Assembly (NCBI GenBank): GCA_000091205.1
Contig: AP006501.2
Length of the DNA stretch: 64,000 bases
Strand: one strand, 5' to 3'
Source of the DNA: Cyanidioschyzon merolae
Taxonomy: Eukaryota
Shown: positions 52,910-64,000 of the stretch, piece after piece
How the letters are laid out: each line of letters starts with the position of its first letter
Numbering within the stretch: position 1 is the first letter of the stretch
Made by a program: the position numbers and the translations under genes
Notes under the pieces: generated by a model
Seen by the model: the letters and a program-made list of their open reading frames with translations, nothing else
Told to the model about the DNA's origin: nothing
Databases searched by the model: none

Positions 52910-54565
52910 ATGAGCTTCGCGGCAACGGCAACGATGACGAGTGCGGGTCGAGCAACGCCGGCGACCTTCGACGGGAACCCAGCACCGGACCGAAAGCTCC
53001 TCGTGGAACCAGGGGACGCTGCCGCCCTTTCAAGAGTGGAGGCGGATCCTCGTGTTCGGTACAATCCCCTTGCACCCATAGGGGAGGGCGCTTTTGGTAT
53101 GGTCTATCGCGCTCTGGACACTGAAACGCAAACCGTTGTCGCTGTGAAAGTCATCAACCTGGACGAGTGTCACGACGAGATCGAGGGAATTCAGCAGGAA
53201 GTTACCGTCATGGCTCAGTTGAACACGGCACACGTTGCAAAGTACTATAGATCTTTTCTCGTGGGGCCTGAGCTCTACATCGTGATGGAGTACGTGGATG
53301 GTGGCTCTGTTCGGGAGCTGATGGAGTTTCTCGGCGGGAGGCTCTCTGAAGACATCATCGCAGTGATCGCCCGCGGTCTCGTGGAGGCGCTCGTTCACTT
53401 GCACGCTCAGAACAAACTGCATCGCGACGTGAAAGCCGCCAACGTCCTCTTGACCACGACAGGCGACGTTAAGCTGGCAGACTTTGGGGTAAGCGGGACG
53501 CTCACCTCGACTTTTCGGAAGCGGAACACCATGGTTGGGACGCCCTACTGGATGGCCCCCGAAGTCATACGTGAAAGCGCTTATGATGAGAAAGCAGATA
53601 TCTGGTCGCTGGGCATTGCGTGCTACGAAATGGCTACCGGCTTGCCACCGTATGCCGATTTGCACCCGATGCGCGCGCTCTTCCTGATTCCGAAGAGCGA
53701 GCCGCCGCGACTGCCCGAAAACGATGATGGATCCTCGCCGTGGTCTGCAACTTTTCAAAATTTCCTCTCATGTTGTCTTCAAAAGTCACCGACTGAACGC
53801 GCTACCGCTGCAGCGCTGCTTGAACATCCGTTCTTGCGCTGCGGTCCAGAAGCAAAATCGCAACTCAGCGAACTCGTGCAGCGAAAAGTGCGAAACCAGC
53901 AGATCCTGACGATGCCTTTAGCAGCGGGCAAGACGGGTACCGAGCCTGTCCCATCAAAATCATCGTCTTCGAGTGCATCGGTGTCTTATCATCCACCGAC
54001 GTCACATTCATCATCAGGGGAGCCTCATCCCTCGGCTTCGGTGGGCGGCAGCCTGTCCCGCTGGGACGACTCGCTCGGTCTCGACGAATATCTGGCTGCC
54101 TCGCAGCGCGCTCTGGATCGAACGCAGTGGCGCTACATGAGCATTCCACGTCCCAACACGATCGTTGCGGGTCGTACAGCGTCATTGATGGCGACGAATT
54201 CGCGACAAACAGGTCCGCCGCATGAAATCCAGTCATGGACCTTCGACTCGAACGAGAGTGGCAGCGTCTTGATCACGAACGCTCCGGGATGCACCTGGAC
54301 TGGGGAAAATTCCCAACTGACGCCTTCACCGTCGCATCCGATGTTCTGCTATTTGCTGGAACCCGCGATCCGGCGTCTTGTTGCGAAGTACGCCAATGAG
54401 GGGACCGATGCGAATGGTCCCGAGCTTGCACGCCTCCTCCATAGTATTTTGGCGCAGTTTCAGCGAATGGAGTGCATTCGGCCCGGTGCGAGTTGTGCAT
54501 TCATCAAAGAGCTCATGGCTGCCGTACAGCAAACACGCCTTCCAGAGGGTGATCATGCGCAATGA
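52910..54565 (+). CDS. STE20-family (GCK/MST-like) serine/threonine protein kinase; ORF track begins at a GTG at 52721, the ATG at 52910 is preferred
   Basis: GEGAFGMVYRA (Gly loop), VAVKVI (VAIK), HRDVKAANVLL, DFGVSG, and the STE20 signature GTPYWMAPEV; non-catalytic C-terminal region. Confidence 0.85.
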   Translation: MSFAATATMTSAGRATPATFDGNPAPDRKLLVEPGDAAALSRVEADPRVRYNPLAPIGEGAFGMVYRALDTETQTVVAVKVINLDECHDEIEGIQQEVTVMAQLNTAHVAKYYRSFLVGPELYIVMEYVDGGSVRELMEFLGGRLSEDIIAVIARGLVEALVHLHAQNKLHRDVKAANVLLTTTGDVKLADFGVSGTLTSTFRKRNTMVGTPYWMAPEVIRESAYDEKADIWSLGIACYEMATGLPPYADLHPMRALFLIPKSEPPRLPENDDGSSPWSATFQNFLSCCLQKSPTERATAAALLEHPFLRCGPEAKSQLSELVQRKVRNQQILTMPLAAGKTGTEPVPSKSSSSSASVSYHPPTSHSSSGEPHPSASVGGSLSRWDDSLGLDEYLAASQRALDRTQWRYMSIPRPNTIVAGRTASLMATNSRQTGPPHEIQSWTFDSNESGSVLITNAPGCTWTGENSQLTPSPSHPMFCYLLEPAIRRLVAKYANEGTDANGPELARLLHSILAQFQRMECIRPGASCAFIKELMAAVQQTRLPEGDHAQ

Positions 54566-54736
54566 CCTCTCGGGTCGTGCTCGCAACCGCTGATGGTCAC
54601 TGGCATCGGGCGTGCTCTCCATATTCCTTTACGTACAAGCGTTCGCAGCAGTTTGATGCTCGCGAGTCCCAACAACGACGCATCATGTGTATTCGCCGGT
54701 TGTTCGCGCAACTCTTGGTTCGCTTCATAGAAAAGC

Positions 54737-55492
<756 letters not shown>

Positions 55493-58246
55493 CTAGCACG
55501 TGACTCGCGCGATGAAACCACAAGCTTCTCCAGGCTCCGTGCAGAGCTGTCGTACCGAGATCCCAGGTCAGCTGGTTTTGCGGGTATTATTGACTTGGGG
55601 AAAGCGTTTTCGTTACGCTTGACGTTGCAAGCGAGACCCCGGACGTGGAGCTTGCGACAAACGGCGAGTCTGCCACCTGTGCTGCGGACTGTAGAATTGG
55701 TACGCAATTTGCGTCGGCAATTGTCAGATTCGAAGCTTTCAATTCAGCTGTGCTCCGGATCTAGGTTCATGCCATCAAATGCTTATTCGCGATGTATAAC
55801 TGATATGTTTGAAGTGCGTTGATTTTGAAGAAATCAAAAACCTAGGGGAACAGTACGGATATGCAAGTCGGGGATTCTGGAGGGCTCTCATCGCCGGGTA
55901 CTGGAAAAAAAACGAAAAAAGCTCTTCTGGTCGAGAATGGAGCGGAGAAGAGAAAGTGACGAAGACGAATAACAATAGGGCATATATGCGGGAAAATGTG
56001 TTTGTCCGACGAGACAATGACGGCACTGTAGTAGCACAGAGGGCCCGTGTTCGAGGAATCTATGCATTGGTGAGTTCGGCCAGAGACAACAAACGCATGG
56101 GGTACGTGAACCGAGACTCCAACAACGCCGTCATCAATTTCAGACGATATGAGACGCTGAAGACGAGACCCGAGGAGCTCAGGCGAACTCAGTTTCATGG
56201 TGTGGCCTCTCAGGCGCGACGTATAAGGCGAGAAACAAAAGCCAATAGCGGGCGGCCAGTCTAAAAAGGGTGGGAGGCGTCTGTGATTGAGTAGATATAT
56301 TTACTCTCCATGATCGCGGAACGTTTTGCTCCTTTGAACATGGAATTTAACAGTGAACTCTTCAGACTGTTCCTTTCTTTCGATTTCGTGTCGGAGTCTT
56401 TTTAGAAGTGCACCCTCGACAACCGCAACGCAGCAATGAGGGTTCTGACGATTCATACTTGTTTATGATTCTTGGTCGTCTTCTCCAAGTGACTGATTCG
56501 ACCATTTGCTGCTTGAATTCCTTACGGCACAGGGGTAAAGATGCTCTGTGACGCCCTCGAGCAAAGCTTCGAATCATAATCGATATTATCGCCCTTTGCA
56601 TATGTTCAAGTCTGTACGCTTCTCCTTTCTTAGCGTATGGCATGCGAAAGTCGTGCATTCCTCATTTCCTCAACCTTTCTGTTTGAAGCCGACCTGTGCA
56701 CACTGCAATTCGCACGCTTCCATGAACGTGGAAATTACTCGACGTCGAGCCTTGACGACCGGTTCACAAGCACATGCCCAACGCTCACTGAACTCGACGT
56801 ACGATTCTAGAATCGATTCAATTTGGGAGGCAAATCAGCCGCGCGCTGTGGCTATCGACGAACCGACATGGAGCAACTGGTCGACACCTCTCACGGTACG
56901 TGCTGCAAGAGGCTTCCGTCTCTTCTGTTTGCACGAAAACTGGTCTCGGACATCCACTTCAGTTATCACAGCGATCGCTTCCAGCGCAGCGTGCAGCAAC
57001 GCTTGACAAGAAGCGAGCCTAGCCGGATCGAATTTTCTCGATTTGTTCCCCAAAATGGATATAACTTTCCGTGCTTGCTGCATCAACGACAGCACCCGAT
57101 GCCGCATATCACCCATCGAATGGAACAGAGTGCACTTGTGTGCGCACTGGAAAGAGCTCTCTCCTGGCGAATCGCCCAGCGGATGCCCGTATTCGTGGGG
57201 TACGTACGGCACTGGGTGCTACGCATCCAGACTTGGCTTGTGCAGCCATCAAGGGCAACTACCAAACGATAAATCAAGCCTTCATGTACCAAAGGGCAGC
57301 ACTCGGAGCAGGCGTTTTTGATGAGATACCGAACCACCTGACCACAGCCAAGTGTCACCGCTTCGACGGGCGCATCGAGGGTGTCGACGGACACCATAGA
57401 AATGACAAGCAAAGTGCAGATCTCAGCTTCCGTCTCTGCACGAAATGCAGCGACAATCGTCCACAGCGGCGAAATCGGAACTCGAACGTCGCCATCAGCA
57501 TCCTTCCACTGCTGGTAACAGATCTGCAGCACGAATAGAGATCCGCATATTCAAAGCCTATGGTATGCGAGAAGCAGACCGAGTTTTCGCACAAGTCCAG
57601 ATTGACTCATGTTCATGACACCATGAACAGACTGTACGCCAACGCTCGCAACGAAGACTCGTTTTCCTGCCGTCTCACACGGGTGTCGTTCCGTGCACCT
57701 ACCATCCAGCTTCCACGAGGGCGCCGCAGGGCCCTGGCGTCTGATCCGCGCCCGATGCCGCTGCGTGCGTGCAGCTGGCGGGAAAGAGGCAACGCGCAGC
57801 CGTTTCGATTGGCGACGTCCCGCCAGCAGCTTGCCGGTGCTAGCGCGCGCGACTCAGCTGCCGCAACCGCTTCGCACAAGCGTCCGAAGGTGAAGTCGTG
57901 TAGAGGGTTCTCGTGGACCAAAAGTTCACCTGCACTGGAACGTAACCGCTTTGCTGTTCCCGAACAAAAGTCGAGCCAGATTTCGGTTGTTTTATTTTGT
58001 CGTTTGGACGTCAACTGGCTGCAGCGCAGAACCCCGAGGCAAGGCCTTCTGAACGCCGTCGGGCGGCAGGTGCCAGCCTCACTGAAGAACCGAACAGCGC
58101 TGCGAGAGTTGCACAGTTTGGGCTGGCGCGTTTACTTGGGTGTGCGACCCAAGTTTGGCTAAATATCGCTCACTGACACACTTGTTAGATTCCCGAGCAA
58201 GACAACGCGTTCGAACAGAAGTCTGTTTTGCTCCTTCTACACCAAA

Positions 58247-58942
58247 ATGGCGACTGCAGGCTCTGAACAAGCCCCGATCTCATTACGTGGTAGCACGGAT
58301 ACGGTCATTGAGTTTCTGCGGTGCGCGATCTACTCTATTCTATACCAGAGGGGCATTTATCCACCAGAGATGTTTCGTCGTGCCTCGAAATTCGGCACGA
58401 GCGTCCTCGTCGCACAAGAAGCCCAGCTCGACTCCTACATAGAGCGCATCCTGCAACGTCATCTGCGCCTGTGGGTCCTGCGAGGGTCTGTGCACCGTGT
58501 CGTGCTCGCATTCGCTGCCACTGCCGATCCAGGTCGTATTCTAGAACGATGGCACTTCGATCTCCATATGGAGCAGCGGGCTACTGAGGATTCAAGCGTC
58601 CCTCGGGACGAATCTGTAGTCATGAGGGAAATCCAGGCAATCATTCGGCAGATTACTGCATCGGTAACGTTCCTGCCGCTGCTCGATGAGCCTTGCTCCT
58701 TCGATCTGTTGGTTTACACCGATCCTGCCCTTGAGGCAGATGCCAATGAGTGGGAGGAAAGCGACGCGAAGCTCATTACCGCTCCCCGCTGCGAACAAGT
58801 GAAGCTGCGTTCCTTCACGACGAATGTGCATCGAGTCGAAACCGGTGTTGCGTATGCCTGTAAAGAGCTCACCGATACTTCGTATCCATTTCGAAAGCCA
58901 ATACTGCCGCAAACATTCCACGTGGCGACCGCGCTCGCCTGA
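58247..58942 (+). CDS. MAD2: Mitotic spindle-assembly checkpoint protein MAD2 (HORMA domain)
   Basis: [45 protein letters not shown]...LERWHFDL closely parallels MAD2 ([33 protein letters not shown]...LERWQFDI). Confidence 0.85.
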   Translation: [231 protein letters not shown]

Positions 58943-60012
58943 TCAGAGGACTGCAGTCGAAGAGACGCGTGGTCGCCTGCTCGCGCATGCGCTCTACAAA
59001 AACATATCAGGTTGCGAAGCGTCGTCGCAATCGCTCCTTTTCAAGCCCGTGCGCATGCAACACCTGAACGACTTCAACTTGCTGCTCGCTGGACGCGGTC
59101 CGCATGAGGCTGCTGATTGAAGAACGAACATTCTCCACCGGGTTCCCGGTAAGCGCACTCGGTGAAAATATTTCACAACGCATGAGATGGAGATTGCCCA
59201 GGTTTGGTCGCTAGCATAAAGACTTCAGCGTAGCCAGCGTCAGTTTGGGCGAAGACGTCGGGCCGCAACAGACCCGCTCACGCTAGAGCCTTTTGCGCAA
59301 TGCGAGAACGCACCTCTACGCACTCTCACTTTATCAAAACGTAGATACGCAGGTGTTATCACGGTGGCGAGAAGCCCAACGAGTTAACCGTTCGGTTCCG
59401 CAAGCTGCAATGCACCATTCCAGCTGCATGCTTCCACGAGACCTCACCAGATTTTAACCTTCAAGCTGCGGATTCCACACCAGTTTCAACTGTTAAAACT
59501 GACCTGCTGAGTAGAATTTCGGAATCTCCAACCAAAAATACACATGGATGCTTTTCTCGAGCTCTCCATGATACCGCTAGAAGCCTCAGGTCACAGAAAG
59601 CCCTGTCTGAGTGCATCCATCGCAATGATCGTGCAAGACAGGTATCCGACCTGTGTTTGGGTCACGCTCGTAAGAACCGCCGCTGCAGTAACGAGACCCA
59701 CGTGAACGAAAGCAACACACGACTCAGCATGAGCATGTTCCGGACTTGGATACTCAAGCAGAGATGCATCTTGATCCATGCCGCAGCTAGCCGGAAGACG
59801 CGGATCATCATCGACGCAGTGCTCATCTCTCGATGTCTACCTATCCATCAGATGATGCGTCGTCGTTCCGGACTCTTCATGGATGACCGGATACGTGAAG
59901 GCGCATGTTCGGAAACCGCAACCGCCTTGCGTTGCCAAGCTGCCTAGAAAGCGCCGTGCTGTCGATTGCGAATTGAGCTAGTTTTCAATTCTAGATCACG
60001 ACCCTAGCTCCC

Positions 60013-61341
60013 TTACAAGTCGGGTAACTCTATTACTGGGCCCGACTGACCAAAGCGCCACGTTAAGAGCGCAAGAATTCCGATAAGGACGACCATCAGC
60101 GCTATCCAATTCTGGGAGTACGGCAGTACAAGTTCGGCCCGTACGCGATTCTGCATTCGCGCTGAGAGTCGACCTTGTTCTTGGCGCAGCTTACGTCGAA
60201 GTCGCCGATCCCGCAGCTCTAAGACTCTTGCTGAAATACGCGGAACGTAACGGCGGATTACGAGCACTGAACTCGATCCCCGTCGCTCTACGCTCGTTGT
60301 AATACGAGAAAAAACAGGTTCCAGCTCCTTGAGCTGAAACAGCATCGCCAAATCTAGTTCGTCGGAATCATTCGCCGCCGATGGAGATCGCACCACAGCC
60401 TGGTCGCTTGCGAGGCGACTTCTGCTAAGTGCCTCCTCGACGCTCTCGCCTGGTAACATGGGCACCTCCTCCGTCAGCTCTTGGAACTGCATCGAAACTC
60501 GATCGGATCGTTTTAACTCCTGCAAGAGTCGCCGCCACTCGAGTTCCTCCTCCATAACGGACATTTGATTGTTCGCATTGTTTTTCTGGCCGAGTGTTCG
60601 CCATCGGCCAGCCAAAATTTCACTCAGAAGCGCAAGTCGTGGACGCTCATGCATGCGGATTTCGCCCGGTTGCCGAGTCAACTCGCTTAAATCCAGCCAG
60701 TAGTCTTCGCCGCGTTCACGTCCACTCAGAGACTCACGAACAAGTGGAACAGACTCGAGTTGCTCGACATTAATGTCGGGCGGCAGGCCCTGTTCCGTTT
60801 CGAATGCTTCCCGGAGCGCCCGCTGTTCCTCCGTGGTAGCGCGTCTTCGCTGCGTCTCTCGCCATAACCGCCGCCGTTCGGCAATCGTCCGAACAGGCTG
60901 GTTTCGACGCCGTTCAAGTTCCGTTCGCAGAAACGACGGATCGTCCGGACGCACGAGACCGTCGTCTAATTCACTTGAGGTCGAGTCTGTCACTTGGTCA
61001 GAGTCGTTGTGGGCACTAACGTTTGTGGAAAACGCCCTATCAGCTGTGCGTTCCAAGTTCTCGAACGACCTGGCCGTCCCTCTTTGAACCGGTTGCGGCT
61101 CATTCTCAGGCGGCGGTTCGCTGCCTTTCGCACGAGCTGCACCGGATGCAGGCGCTCGTCCAGGGCCAGCCCCTGCGGGCAGGTCGCGCTGCTCGGCCCA
61201 GAGGCGCACTCGTGGCACCTGGACGCGCCCGCAAGCCGAACGGGAGACTATGTGGTGTCGTTGACACCTATTTGTCGACCGAGACTGGCAAAAACTACTG
61301 GTTCCACAAAGAATAAACGAGGTCTGGTGCGTCTCTACCAT
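60013..61341 (-). CDS. Hypothetical coiled-coil protein with single C-terminal transmembrane helix (tail-anchored topology)
   Basis: 442-aa ORF; Arg/Glu-rich helical segments; C-terminal hydrophobic stretch NWIALMVVLIGILALLTWRF followed by a short tail. Confidence 0.4.
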   Translation of the reverse strand: MVETHQTSFILCGTSSFCQSRSTNRCQRHHIVSRSACGRVQVPRVRLWAEQRDLPAGAGPGRAPASGAARAKGSEPPPENEPQPVQRGTARSFENLERTADRAFSTNVSAHNDSDQVTDSTSSELDDGLVRPDDPSFLRTELERRRNQPVRTIAERRRLWRETQRRRATTEEQRALREAFETEQGLPPDINVEQLESVPLVRESLSGRERGEDYWLDLSELTRQPGEIRMHERPRLALLSEILAGRWRTLGQKNNANNQMSVMEEELEWRRLLQELKRSDRVSMQFQELTEEVPMLPGESVEEALSRSRLASDQAVVRSPSAANDSDELDLAMLFQLKELEPVFSRITTSVERRGSSSVLVIRRYVPRISARVLELRDRRLRRKLRQEQGRLSARMQNRVRAELVLPYSQNWIALMVVLIGILALLTWRFGQSGPVIELPDL

Positions 61342-62804
61342 GTCTGAGGTCGAACGGCTCTGTCACACGGCCACACGTTCCAAAGCTTTTGCCGTCGGGA
61401 GTTGTCTCTATCCTCGAGCGCACAAAGAGGTGGTTCTCGAACCGCGAAAACTTTTGCTCGAATACCCGGAAGCGCAAGAACTTGAGAGCAAAACTCGCGG
61501 ACTACCGGAAAGCTACCGCGTTCGCACAGCAACGCAGCAGGTATAGCGCTGCTGCAGAGGGAGCGGTCGCGTGAGCTTAGACGCCACGACCGAGATGCGC
61601 GACCCAATCATGCAGCTTCTGAGAAACGATACTAAACTGTATATTTCTATACCCTATCATTTCTGCATAATACTCTATTATACGGACAGTGATCTTGAGC
61701 CTCCCTGGGAGTCGCCGATTTCTTTCGTTCGTATTGAGCCAATGAGCAGAGAGCCGCCAACTTCAAAGACTTTCAAGGGGAAACGACCTACAAGATGTTT
61801 GGTTTTTGCCCATAGAGCTCGACGTGCATTCGCGCGCAATGACTAAACTCCCGCTCGTTCGACAAAAGCGTCCAACGAGTGCCGGAAACCATTCAGGGCG
61901 ATACACATGCACTAGAAGCACCAATGCGCGCCGCAACTGCTACAGAAGAAGCGGTCTCGACAGAGGCAAATGCACGAAATGGTTTACGGTGCTTTGGTCG
62001 ACCGTCGGATGGCGAGGCAATCCCAACGCAGAGGCTCGTTGCGGTGGGATTCCACCGGCAACCACGCGCGCAAACACTTTCTGCATCGAGTCCTGAATGT
62101 TTTGGTTAGCATCCGGAAATGCCTCATACTTCGGGAGCGTCGAGCTGCTTTTGTTGACCGAACTTGCAAGGAAATTCCCGGTGACTCAATATGGGCAGTG
62201 TGCTCGAATGCTGAAGAATTTGCGTGAAAAAATCAATGTCCAGGATACAGGGGCTTTGGATGCTGCCATGGAACAAGGCACTGGCATCGTTCGTTCCACG
62301 ATTCAGTTGTGCTAAAGCGCCGCAAACATACTCCAGCAACGCTTCTCCTCGGCAAATCGTAAACAATAATCGTGTTCCACGATTCGATGTCGCCGCGTAC
62401 GTCCCCAGGGAGTGCTCATGTGTCGTGATTATCCGCGCTCGTTGACCAGATGAGGCGCATCTCGCGTCACCTTTAACGCATACCTGCGATCCAATATCTG
62501 GTCTAGAATTGCACAACCTCTCGTCTGAATGGAACTCGCCCTGTGCCAAATCAGGAAACACTATATTTAGTTGCCAGCCTCGTGTGCACTACCCGAATAG
62601 ACGCTGCGCCAAAAGCCGATCAAAGCGAACTGGAGCGAGCGGTGCCCAGCTGCCAAAATTGGCACCAAAGGCGCAACGATTCCGGTGACGATCACCTGGG
62701 GACGGAGCGCCACGAGCGCGCCGCATTCTGGCTAGGCAATATTTGGTGGTTTGTGTCGTTGCTCGCAAAACTGCGCGTGCTTTTTCCTTCTAATTGCTTC
62801 ATTG

Positions 62805-63527
62805 ATGCGTCGTTTTCATCTACCTTACGCTATTCTTCTATTACTAAGTATTTTCTTCTTCGCGCCATGTATGCAAGCTGCGCCTTTGATCGAGATCGAC
62901 TCGGATACCTTGCTACGGATAACGACACCTGCGCCGTCGCTTCCTCCGCTCCCGCCGAGTGTGCTCGCACAAGTCGAGGCTGCCGAGCACCGCGGCCGTA
63001 ATGTGACTGGTCCACATATCAACGCCACTGTTGCTGCTGCTTTGAACTATACACAGTTCGAGTACACTTTAGTCAACGCACTGTACGAAATCGATCAGAG
63101 TCTATGTCTGAACGAGGCGCTCACAATGGGTGCGGCCGATGTCGCTGCAATGCTGAGCGAGTGCACTGTCGACCAGGTGAACAATGGCAGCTGCAGCTAC
63201 GCGACCAAGTCGGCGGTGGAGTCTATGTTTCAAACGGTCGGCTGGAGCAGCCCTGATTTTGCAGGCGTCGCACTAGCGAGAAAGTTTCCCGCGGCGTTCT
63301 TCAACTGGTCTGGTCCGGCCGGAGAGGGAGGCGACGGTCTGCGCGGCATCCGCGCCTATGCTGCTGCCCTCGAGGTTACGGATATCGTGACGCGGGAACT
63401 TGGACCGGCGGTACGCAGCGGCCTGTACAAGCTTGCAGCAGCTGGAGCCGTTGAATTGCTAAACGATGAGGTTTATGCGTACGTTGTGATTGGGAAGGCG
63501 GCGGGTCAGACTTGCTATGAGCCCTGA
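62805..63527 (+). CDS. Hypothetical secreted glycoprotein (signal peptide plus several N-x-S/T sites); ORF track begins at a TTG at 62751
   Basis: MRRFHLPYAILLLLSIFFFAPCMQAAP signal-peptide-like N-terminus; NVT, NAT, NYT, NGS, NWS sequons; no known domain. Confidence 0.4.
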   Translation: MRRFHLPYAILLLLSIFFFAPCMQAAPLIEIDSDTLLRITTPAPSLPPLPPSVLAQVEAAEHRGRNVTGPHINATVAAALNYTQFEYTLVNALYEIDQSLCLNEALTMGAADVAAMLSECTVDQVNNGSCSYATKSAVESMFQTVGWSSPDFAGVALARKFPAAFFNWSGPAGEGGDGLRGIRAYAAALEVTDIVTRELGPAVRSGLYKLAAAGAVELLNDEVYAYVVIGKAAGQTCYEP

Positions 63528-64000
63528 GTTTCGCGGAAGCGTCGCTTCGACGCCGCAATGGAGCTCTGAGAGTCAGAAAGTGCTGCGTAAAGGGACTGTG
63601 AGTTTATTTGGGAACGCGGTTTCATATCACATGAGAATGTTCAGTGCACACAGCTGAAATGAGCTGTCGAGCATCGTTCACCTGGTCGGAGTCGATAGTC
63701 ATGCTCCAAAGGTTTTCTTCCGGCTTCCGCACTTGCGTTCACATAGAGGACCCAGAGAGGCAGCTAGAGGCTTACCCTGATATCCAAAGTTCTGACGCAA
63801 ATACAGCGACGTTGCTTTCGTCACCAAATGCGGCAAGAGGTAAAGTTTCCACAAAATTGAGGATGCTCCCAAAGGAAACATACCCTGACGCCATCCCTTC
63901 TCCCTGAAAGACACGAAATAGCTGAGCGATTCGCTGCACCTGTTTCTTCGCAACATCTCCTGGCTGGAGACACGCACCTGCTCTGTCATTATCATCAGGT

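Overview
The window is nuclear DNA from a GC-rich, gene-dense, intron-poor eukaryote, not a prokaryote. The evidence is one canonical spliceosomal intron (GTAAGT, CTAAC branch point, AG) in the V-ATPase A gene plus eukaryote-specific genes: Rab2, MAD2, Hsp110, a STE20 kinase, and V-ATPase subunits A and c''. About 23 protein-coding genes alternate between strands, with intergenic spacers of 0.1-2.8 kb. Four are plant/alga-type or P1B-4-type: a short arogenate/prephenate dehydrogenase (TyrA), a P1B-4 (SPC/HEGGT) heavy-metal ATPase, an N-terminally extended tRNA adenosine deaminase, and a TsaD/Qri7-type t6A enzyme. This gene mix hints at a stramenopile/oomycete-like or algal protist, but the lineage cannot be decided from sequence alone. 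Non-genic structure: four tandem minisatellite arrays (56-bp x ~18, ~96-bp x3, 83-bp x ~5, 103-bp x2), all in 5'-flanking (mostly divergent-promoter) intergenic regions. There is also a diverged collinear duplication of at least 850 bp (about 700-1560 and 8720-9520), two low-GC islands without recognisable ORFs, and short microsatellites ((CAG)n coding polyQ, (CA)n). I found no rRNA, CRISPR or convincing tRNA. The ORF track uses alternative start codons (GTG/TTG shown as M), so several ORF 5' ends overshoot the likely ATG. Where homology indicated an internal ATG, I list that coordinate instead and note the ORF-track start.
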